From positions 29,941-93,940 of the forward strand of contig JBIOHC010000001.1 in assembly GCA_044448685.1 (NCBI GenBank): 64,000 nucleotides of DNA, given 5' to 3'. The notes under the pieces are model-generated. The model was not told the origin of the DNA. It ran no database searches and worked only from the letters and a program-made list of their open reading frames with translations. Each line of letters begins with the position of its first letter. The stretch's first letter is position 1. The translations under genes and the position numbers were made by a program. Of the stretch, positions 56,949 to 64,000 are shown piece after piece. Source of the stretch: Bacteroidia bacterium. Its GTDB lineage: Bacteria > Bacteroidota > Bacteroidia > Palsa-965.

Positions 56949-57691
56949 AAAAGAACAGCGAAGATAATCCGGTGGTGGTTATCCAGGGGGTGGAAAAAAC
57001 CTTTGGTGATAATCATGTGCTGAAAGGATTTAGCCTGACTGTCAACAAAGGTGAAAATGTAGTGGTGTTAGGTCGCTCAGGAACAGGAAAATCAGTGCTT
57101 ATTAAGTGTATTGTAAGGCTGGTGGATCCGGATGCCGGCTCCATAAAAGTGCTGGGAACCGATATGCTGGACCTTAAACACGAGGAACTCGATGCTATGC
57201 GTGCCAGGATAGGGTTTCTTTTTCAGAGCAGTGCCTTGTATGATTCCATGAGTGTAGGAGAAAATCTGGAATTTCCATTACGAAGGCATCGCAGAAAAAA
57301 TATTCGAACAGATGAGAAAGCATTGGTGGTTAGTGCCCTGCAAAGTGTCGGATTGAGCGGTACCGAACATATGTCACCGGCAGAGCTCTCGGGGGGAATG
57401 AGAAAACGTATTGGTATTGCACGAACGCTTATTCTGAATCCTGCTGTGATGCTCTACGATGAACCTACAACCGGGCTTGACCCGATAACAGGCAGGGAAA
57501 TTAACAGACTTATGCTGGATGTACAGGAAAAGTACAATACGTCATCCATCATTATTTCTCATGATATGAATTGTGTAAAAATGACTGCAAACCGCGTAGT
57601 CGTGCTTATTGATGGAAGATGTTATGCAGAAGGCACCTATGCAGATCTTAGCAGGAGTCAGGACAAACTGGTAAAGCAATTTTTTGACTAG
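56945..57691 (+). CDS. mlaF: MlaF-type ABC ATP-binding protein
   Basis: Walker A GRSGTGKS. Signature LSGGMRKRIGIARTL. Walker B MLYDEPTTGLD. Confidence 0.85.
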   Translation: MKKNSEDNPVVVIQGVEKTFGDNHVLKGFSLTVNKGENVVVLGRSGTGKSVLIKCIVRLVDPDAGSIKVLGTDMLDLKHEELDAMRARIGFLFQSSALYDSMSVGENLEFPLRRHRRKNIRTDEKALVVSALQSVGLSGTEHMSPAELSGGMRKRIGIARTLILNPAVMLYDEPTTGLDPITGREINRLMLDVQEKYNTSSIIISHDMNCVKMTANRVVVLIDGRCYAEGTYADLSRSQDKLVKQFFD

Positions 57692-57693
57692 TT

Positions 57694-58680
57694 ATGATTA
57701 CAACGACAAAAAGCAGAATTAAGACGGGGGTCTTTGTCATAACAACCACCCTGTTATTTATCATAGGCCTCTATAAGATTGGGGGTAAACGTCGCATGTT
57801 CAGATCTACTGTCCAGGTTACAGCGGTTTTCAAGAACGTAAATGGGCTTTGTGCAGGAAATAACGTAAGGTTCGGAGGAATTGACGTAGGCACGGTTTCG
57901 GAGGTGACCATACTGGCTGATACCGCTGTCAAAGCCGTCCTGTCAATTGAAAATGAAGCAGCTAAATTCATTACTTCTACTGCGGTGGCTTCGATCGGAA
58001 CAGATGGATTGATGGGCAACAAGATTGTGAATATCATCCCCGGTAAAAGCGGAGGGGTTCCTGTCAGGGAAGGAGGCATGCTACAGGCCCTTCCGTTAAT
58101 TGAGCTGGATAATGCCATGCGAACCCTGAATAAAACGAATGACAATCTTGAAATGATTACCGATGATGCAAAAATTGTCATGAACCGTTTCAGTGCCAAG
58201 AATACCCTCTGGAGCCTGCTTATGGATACAGCTGTTGCAGACAATGTAAAACAGGCCATTCTGAATATCAGACTTTCCGGCAGGAATGCTGTACAGATTA
58301 CACATGGCCTGGACGAAATGGTCGGCAATGTGAATAAAGGCAATGGAAGTCTGGGTATGCTCATCAAGGACACCGCCCTTGCCGGTAATCTGCACAGGGC
58401 TGCCGTGGACATAGGGATAATGGGTAAACAGGCATCAAGCATGAGCAAGGATCTGAGCATGCTGTCAGATAAGATAGTGCATGGTCAGGGAAGTGTAGGT
58501 GCTTTGCTGCGTGATACAATTATGGTGCACAGGGTGGATCAGGCAGTAGTCGATTTCAAACGGGGAGCTGCAAATTTTGATTCGAGCATGATTTCTCTGA
58601 AACAAAATATCCTGCTCAGGAGAGGAATTAAAAAGCAGGAGAAGAAAGCAAATGCAGCAAAAAAGAAGGCGGTAAAATAA
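57694..58680 (+). CDS. mlaD: MlaD/MCE-domain protein
   Basis: N-terminal TM anchor followed by an MCE domain. Helical C-terminal extension. Confidence 0.8.
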   Translation: MITTTKSRIKTGVFVITTTLLFIIGLYKIGGKRRMFRSTVQVTAVFKNVNGLCAGNNVRFGGIDVGTVSEVTILADTAVKAVLSIENEAAKFITSTAVASIGTDGLMGNKIVNIIPGKSGGVPVREGGMLQALPLIELDNAMRTLNKTNDNLEMITDDAKIVMNRFSAKNTLWSLLMDTAVADNVKQAILNIRLSGRNAVQITHGLDEMVGNVNKGNGSLGMLIKDTALAGNLHRAAVDIGIMGKQASSMSKDLSMLSDKIVHGQGSVGALLRDTIMVHRVDQAVVDFKRGAANFDSSMISLKQNILLRRGIKKQEKKANAAKKKAVK

Positions 58681-58690
58681 GTTTGTAAGT

Positions 58691-61108
58691 ATGAGGATTC
58701 ATCCCAAAATTGTTACTGATAATAAGCACATTTGTTATCATTGCGGAGAAGATTGTATTGATTCAATAATCTGCGAAGGGGCAAATTATTTCTGCTGTGA
58801 AGGCTGTCACCTGGTGTACAGTTTGCTTAGCAAAAATGGATTGTGCGACTATTACAACCTGAATGAGAATCCCGGATTAACCCAGAAAGCAGAGATCAGG
58901 GCCGATAAATTTGCTTTTCTGGATGACGAAACTGTAAAAAAGAAATTACTGGTTTTTACCGATGGAAAACAAAGCAAAGCAAGCTTCTATCTTCCCCAGA
59001 TTCATTGCAGCTCCTGTATCTGGCTTTTGGAAAACCTGCATAAGCTGCATACGGGTGTTTTGTCCAGTCGGGTGGATTTTCCGAAAAAGACAATCGATAT
59101 CTTATTTTCTGAGAATGAGCTGTCGTTGCGTAAAGTGGCTGAGTTGCTCACCCGAATTGGGTATGAACCCCATATCAGCCTGAAAGATATCCAGGACAAG
59201 GATATACGGAAGATTGACAGGAAGCGTCTAATCAGACTCGGTGTCGCAGGATTCTGTTTCGGCAATATTATGATGCTCAGCTTGCCGGAATACTTTTCGG
59301 GAGGTGCTATTGCCGACCTTAAAATGAAGCATCTTTTTTCCATGCTCAACCTGGTGTTGTCATTGCCTGTTTTTTTCTATTGTGCTGCGGAATTCTATAC
59401 TTCGGCCCTGGGTGGACTGAAGCAAAAATTTCTGAATATTGATACACCGATTGCTATGGCAATCGTGATCACCTTTCTCCGGAGTGTATATGAAATACTA
59501 AGCGGAACGGGAGCCGGTTATCTTGACTCCATGGCAGGAATAGTATTTCTTATGCTCATTGGCCGGGTGTTTCAGGATTATACCTATCAGGCACTTTCTT
59601 TTGAACGGGATTTTAAGTCTTATTTTCCGGTTTCTGTTTGTCAGAAAAAAGACGGACAGGAGATTTTTGTTCCTATATCGGAAGTAAAGGCTGGCGACCG
59701 GATACTTATACGCAGTAATGAACTGATACCTGCTGATGGAATCCTATTCCTCGGAAAAGCAAAAATCGATTACAGTTTTGTCACCGGAGAGTCGGAACTT
59801 GTTGAGAAAAGCCTGGGAGAAATACTCTATGCAGGAGGAAAGCAGACCGGAGGAGAGATAGAACTGGAGGTTATTAAGGATGTTTCACAAAGTTATCTGA
59901 CCCAGTTATGGAATAACAGTGTGTTCAAGGAACACAAAAATAAGCGGATAAGTTTTATTCATGCATTGGGACGATATTTTACCTGGATTTTATTCGGGCT
60001 TGCAGCGGCATCAGCGGCATACTGGTATTTCCATAATCCTGCCCGTATATGGGCTGCCGTAACAGCAATCTTAATTGTGGCCTGTCCTTGTGCCTTGTTG
60101 CTTTCGGCAACATTTACCAACGGACATATCCTTCGTATTATGGGCCGGAATGGACTATACCTGAAAAATTCAGGGGCTATTGAAGCATTGGCAGGAGCTG
60201 ATATGATTGTGTTTGACAAAACAGGAACAATTTCACAGAACGGACCTACCGCCGTTCACTATGAAGGTCCGGAACTGGGCTTGACCGAGCAGCAGCTTAT
60301 CCGAAGCCTGGCCAGGCAAAGTAATCATATTCTTAGCCGTGCCATTGCGGGAACATTGCCCGAAAGCAAAACCCTGAAAGTTGAAAACTACAAAGAATAC
60401 ATTGGCCAGGGGGCGGAAGGGGATATCCGGAATGTGCATGTACGAATGGGTTCAGCAGTTTTCAGCGGTATTAGTGAGGATCAGGATAACGGATTCAGTA
60501 AGGTCTATGTTCAGATTGACGGAGGAAGCGCGGGCTGTTTTATGTTGAAAAATGTTTACAGGAAAGGCGTCGAGTCTTTAATTACAAGGCTCAGAAGGAA
60601 TTATGCTGTGGCATTGCTTTCAGGTGATAATGATACAGAACGGAATTACCTGAGCAATGTATTCGGGCCTTCAAGCCGGCTTAATTTTAATCAAAGCCCT
60701 CAGCAAAAACTCCGGTTTATTTCTGACAGACAGGAGGAAGGAAGGAAAGTAATCATGGTAGGCGACGGCCTTAATGATTCAGGAGCATTGAAACAAAGCG
60801 ATGCCGGAATAGCGCTGTCAGATGACATAAACAATTTTTCTCCGGCTTGTGATTGCATCTTATCAGCTGAGCGGCTCGGAGACCTGCCCGCTTTTCTGGC
60901 GTATGCAAAAGCGGGAAAAAAAGTTATTCTCAGCAGTTTTATTATTTCCATGATTTATAATACCGTTGGGCTGGGCTTTGCGGTACAAGGCACATTATCT
61001 CCGCTTATCGCAGCCATTCTTATGCCCATCAGTTCAATTTCCATTCTTGTTTTTACAACTGGAGCGAGCAGAGTGGCTGCCCGCCTCTGCGGCCTCAAAG
61101 CAGCATGA
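58691..61108 (+). CDS. ccoI: Heavy-metal (Cu+) P-type ATPase of the cbb3-oxidase assembly type
   Basis: N-terminal Cys-rich metal-binding region (CYHCGEDC…CCEGC). TM CPC motif (ACPCALL). DKTGT phosphorylation site. GDGLND hinge. Confidence 0.9.
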   Translation: MRIHPKIVTDNKHICYHCGEDCIDSIICEGANYFCCEGCHLVYSLLSKNGLCDYYNLNENPGLTQKAEIRADKFAFLDDETVKKKLLVFTDGKQSKASFYLPQIHCSSCIWLLENLHKLHTGVLSSRVDFPKKTIDILFSENELSLRKVAELLTRIGYEPHISLKDIQDKDIRKIDRKRLIRLGVAGFCFGNIMMLSLPEYFSGGAIADLKMKHLFSMLNLVLSLPVFFYCAAEFYTSALGGLKQKFLNIDTPIAMAIVITFLRSVYEILSGTGAGYLDSMAGIVFLMLIGRVFQDYTYQALSFERDFKSYFPVSVCQKKDGQEIFVPISEVKAGDRILIRSNELIPADGILFLGKAKIDYSFVTGESELVEKSLGEILYAGGKQTGGEIELEVIKDVSQSYLTQLWNNSVFKEHKNKRISFIHALGRYFTWILFGLAAASAAYWYFHNPARIWAAVTAILIVACPCALLLSATFTNGHILRIMGRNGLYLKNSGAIEALAGADMIVFDKTGTISQNGPTAVHYEGPELGLTEQQLIRSLARQSNHILSRAIAGTLPESKTLKVENYKEYIGQGAEGDIRNVHVRMGSAVFSGISEDQDNGFSKVYVQIDGGSAGCFMLKNVYRKGVESLITRLRRNYAVALLSGDNDTERNYLSNVFGPSSRLNFNQSPQQKLRFISDRQEEGRKVIMVGDGLNDSGALKQSDAGIALSDDINNFSPACDCILSAERLGDLPAFLAYAKAGKKVILSSFIISMIYNTVGLGFAVQGTLSPLIAAILMPISSISILVFTTGASRVAARLCGLKAA

Positions 61109-61226
61109 CGAATTAATCTCCGTATCAGCGGTATGAAAAACCTGACTAAGATCACATTTTGTAGTGAGATTGATCATGCAGGAGCGCAGAACGACAATGT
61201 ACTTTTGAGACGAAATCCATTAACTA

Positions 61227-61436
61227 ATGAGCGCAATCTTCATTCTTTTGGGAGCAAGCCTTAGCATAGCAGTTGGTTTTCTTATTGCATTCATCTGGTC
61301 TGTGAAGAACGGACAATACGATGATGAATATACACCATCCGTACGGATGCTTTTTGATGAAACAAGTTCTCCCAAAGTCAATGTCAAGCCAGAATTAAAT
61401 ACAGTGATCAATCCGAATAATCATCCGAGCAGTTAA
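61227..61436 (+). CDS. ccoS: cbb3-type cytochrome oxidase maturation protein CcoS/FixS
   Basis: Single-TM ~60–70-aa protein MSAIFILLGASLSIAVGFLIAFIWSVKNGQYDD…, the typical CcoS pattern and position after ccoI. Confidence 0.75.
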   Translation: MSAIFILLGASLSIAVGFLIAFIWSVKNGQYDDEYTPSVRMLFDETSSPKVNVKPELNTVINPNNHPSS

Positions 61437-61453
61437 CAAAACGAAGCAGATTT

Positions 61454-63580
61454 ATGCAAGTCGAGAAATTTTCATACGACAATAAGATTGTCAAAATGTT
61501 TGCCTACGCCACCATACTATGGGGTTTGGTAGGTATGCTTGTTGGCCTGTGGGTGGCCCTGGAGCTGGTATTTCCGTCACTGAATCTGGGTATTCCGTAC
61601 ACCACTTTCGGACGTATCCGGCCCTTGCATACGAATGCAGTCATTTTTGCATTTGTGGGGAACGGAATCTTTATGGGAGTTTATTATTCCCTTCAACGCC
61701 TTTGCAAGGCACGGATGTTCAGTGATAAACTGAGCCATATACACTTTTGGGGCTGGCAGCTCATTATTGTTGCTGCAGCACTTACGCTGCCTTTCGGAAT
61801 CACAACCGGAAAAGAATACGCAGAGCTGGAGTGGCCAATAGACATTGCCATCACCCTAATCTGGGTTGTTTTTGCCTGGAACCTGTTCGGTACAATAATT
61901 AAAAGAAGAGAAAGACATCTCTATGTAGCCATCTGGTTTTATATAGCTACGCTTATCACTGTAGCCATGCTGCATATTGTCAACAGCATGGAAATACCGG
62001 TTTCCTTTCTGAAAAGCTACAGCTGGTATGCAGGTGTACAGGATGCCCTGGTGCAATGGTGGTATGGTCACAATGCTGTAGCCTTCTTCCTTACAACTCC
62101 TTACCTCGGTTTGATGTATTATTTTATTCCTAAAGCTGCCAACAGGCCGGTATACTCCTATCGCTTATCAATTATTCACTTTTGGGCTCTGATTTTTCTG
62201 TATATCTGGGCCGGCCCTCACCATCTGCTATACACCGCATTACCTGATTGGGCCCAGTCACTCGGTGTGGCTTTCTCTATCATGCTTATTGCACCATCCT
62301 GGGGTGGCATGATCAACGGACTGCTTACCCTTCGCGGTGCCTGGGATAAAGTAAGAGAAGATGTAGTACTGAAATTCATGGTTGTGGCTGTGACATGTTA
62401 TGGTATGGCCACATTTGAAGGACCTATGCTTAGCCTTAAGAGCGTGAATATGTGGAGCCACTTTACCGACTGGACCATTGCTCATGTTCATATCGGAGCC
62501 CTGGGCTGGAACGGGTTTCTGACATTTGGTATCCTGTACTGGATAATCCCGAAAATGTTCCGGATTGATTTGTACTCAAAAAAACTCGCTAACTGGCATT
62601 TCTGGATCGGCACATTGGGTATCATATTTTATGCGCTTCCTATGTATTGGGCCGGTTTCGAACAAAGCAGGGAATGGAGTAAATTTACGGAAGACGGGCG
62701 TTTACAATACCAGTTCCTGACTACGGTAACCAATATCCGCCCATTACAGATGATGAGGGCGCTTGGAGGAGCAATGTATCTGATCGGAGCCGTTGTGATG
62801 GCTTATAACCTGATCAAGACTGTGAAGGCCGGTTCCTTCCTCGCGAATGAAGAAGCAGAAGCTGCGCCCCTTGAAAAAACTTACAAACTCCATGAAGGAG
62901 AGCACTGGCACCGCTGGATAGAACGCAGACCAATCCAGCTTCTTATCCTGGCCCTGGTAGCGGTTATTATAGGCGGACTCATAGAATTAGTACCCACCTT
63001 CTTAATTCAATCGAACGTACCTACCATAAGCAGTATAAAACCGTATACACCGCTTGAGTTACAAGGCCGTGATATATATATCAGGGAAGGCTGTTACAAT
63101 TGTCACTCTCAAATGGTAAGGCCACTTCGTCACGAAACAGCGCGGTATGGAGAATATTCAAAAGCCGGAGAGTTTGTATATGATCACCCTTTCCAGTGGG
63201 GATCCAAACGCACCGGACCAGACCTTGCACGTGTAGGAGGTAAATATCTTAACTCCTGGCATTATAACCATATGCTTGAACCAACGTCCATGTCGGAACA
63301 TTCCAGTATGCCCAATTACCCATGGCTGCTTGATAATAACCTGGATACTTCCTCCACTGCTGCCAAGATCAGAGCCATGATTACATTGGGCGTTCCGTAT
63401 CCGAAAGGGTATGATAAGCTGGCCAATGCTGATCTGAGAAAACAGGCTGAAGGAATTGCTGAGAATCTGAAGAATGACAAAATTCAGACTCCGGCCAACA
63501 AAGAAATTATTGCTCTGATTGCTTATCTGCAGAGGCTGGGTATGGATATCAAAGCGCCTCACAACTTTACTGAAAAATAA
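61454..63580 (+). CDS. ccoNO: cbb3-type cytochrome c oxidase, fused subunits I and II (CcoN–CcoO)
   Basis: 12-TM heme-copper oxidase core with His ligands. C-terminal mono-heme cytochrome c domain with CYNCH. Confidence 0.95.
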   Translation: MQVEKFSYDNKIVKMFAYATILWGLVGMLVGLWVALELVFPSLNLGIPYTTFGRIRPLHTNAVIFAFVGNGIFMGVYYSLQRLCKARMFSDKLSHIHFWGWQLIIVAAALTLPFGITTGKEYAELEWPIDIAITLIWVVFAWNLFGTIIKRRERHLYVAIWFYIATLITVAMLHIVNSMEIPVSFLKSYSWYAGVQDALVQWWYGHNAVAFFLTTPYLGLMYYFIPKAANRPVYSYRLSIIHFWALIFLYIWAGPHHLLYTALPDWAQSLGVAFSIMLIAPSWGGMINGLLTLRGAWDKVREDVVLKFMVVAVTCYGMATFEGPMLSLKSVNMWSHFTDWTIAHVHIGALGWNGFLTFGILYWIIPKMFRIDLYSKKLANWHFWIGTLGIIFYALPMYWAGFEQSREWSKFTEDGRLQYQFLTTVTNIRPLQMMRALGGAMYLIGAVVMAYNLIKTVKAGSFLANEEAEAAPLEKTYKLHEGEHWHRWIERRPIQLLILALVAVIIGGLIELVPTFLIQSNVPTISSIKPYTPLELQGRDIYIREGCYNCHSQMVRPLRHETARYGEYSKAGEFVYDHPFQWGSKRTGPDLARVGGKYLNSWHYNHMLEPTSMSEHSSMPNYPWLLDNNLDTSSTAAKIRAMITLGVPYPKGYDKLANADLRKQAEGIAENLKNDKIQTPANKEIIALIAYLQRLGMDIKAPHNFTEK

Positions 63581-63584
63581 AACC

Positions 63585-63767
63585 ATGAAGTTCATTCATT
63601 ATTTGGAAGGTATAGCCGGGGTGGGAATTTTTCCGCTCATCTCTCTCCTTATTTTCTTTTTCTTCTTCCTTGGTGTTACCATCTGGGTGCTGAAGGCAGA
63701 TAAGGCAAGTATGGAGGAAATGGAAAATTTGCCTTTACAACCCGATAAATCAAACGACAGGATTTAA
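63585..63767 (+). CDS. ccoQ: CcoQ-like small membrane subunit
   Basis: Single TM (IAGVGIFPLISLLIFFFFFLGVTIWVL) with a charged tail. The start preferred is MKFIHY…, the internal M of the 63519 ORF. Confidence 0.55.
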   Translation: MKFIHYLEGIAGVGIFPLISLLIFFFFFLGVTIWVLKADKASMEEMENLPLQPDKSNDRI

Positions 63768-63777
63768 AAACAAGCGT

Positions 63778-64000
63778 ATGGAAAAGCTTATAGAGTCAGC
63801 CGGGAAAGTCAGTATTTTGTCGAACGCTTTGTTTGATACCATGCTGGCTGTGGCAATATTATTACTTATTATCATAGCTGTTCTGGCCGATGTTGTAAGA
63901 AACATTGGAACCGGCATGAAGGAAAAACAAAGCGGTAATTCAAAGGGAATCGGAATCCTGCTGCTGATCCTTGGCGTGACTCCGTTTACTTCCCATGCTG
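63778..64000 (+). CDS. N-terminus (partial) of the next cbb3-cluster membrane protein, probably CcoP
   Basis: ATG at 63778. MEKLIESAGKVSILSNALFDTMLAVAILLLIIIAVL… hydrophobic N-terminus. Truncated by the window edge. Confidence 0.4.
   Translation, partial: MEKLIESAGKVSILSNALFDTMLAVAILLLIIIAVLADVVRNIGTGMKEKQSGNSKGIGILLLILGVTPFTSHA

Noticed and set aside
1-64000. CRISPR arrays, rRNA or tRNA genes, transposases or IS elements
   Set aside because: No short regularly spaced repeats with unique spacers, no rRNA- or tRNA-like stretches, and no DDE or serine/tyrosine recombinase signatures were seen.

Overview
The content of this window points to a Bacteroidota chromosome, probably Sphingobacteriia- or Chitinophagia-like. 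The evidence is several T9SS C-terminal sorting domains, fused hemC/hemD, fused ccoN/ccoO, an ileS–dksA–lspA arrangement and a GloVer-repeat protein. Most of the window is core genome. The core genes include a yicC–gmk–nadD block, ridA–ileS–dksA–lspA, a hemA–hemCD–hemB cluster, a MacAB–TolC-type efflux system, MlaEFD, and a ccoI–ccoS–ccoNO–ccoQ cbb3 oxidase cluster. Two regions look accessory. The first (~6.4–12.7 kb) sits between a cystathionine γ-lyase gene and an ArsC-family gene. It holds a Fic/HTH 'mobile mystery protein' pair, an AT-rich junction, three or four small signal-peptide or lipoprotein genes (one a YwqK/MORN-variant repeat protein) separated by a 34-bp direct repeat and a GC-rich palindromic segment, and a frameshifted RHS/YD-repeat polymorphic toxin. 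The second (~40.8–47.7 kb) is a minus-strand operon. It holds a ThiF(E1-like)–nitroreductase fusion protein and a GNAT/LuxI-like protein between a 7TMR-DISM histidine kinase with its response regulator and a REC–histidine-kinase hybrid. The two receiver domains are clear paralogues. This second region is my best candidate for an undescribed signalling or small-molecule system. I found no rRNA, tRNA, CRISPR, transposase or integrase.
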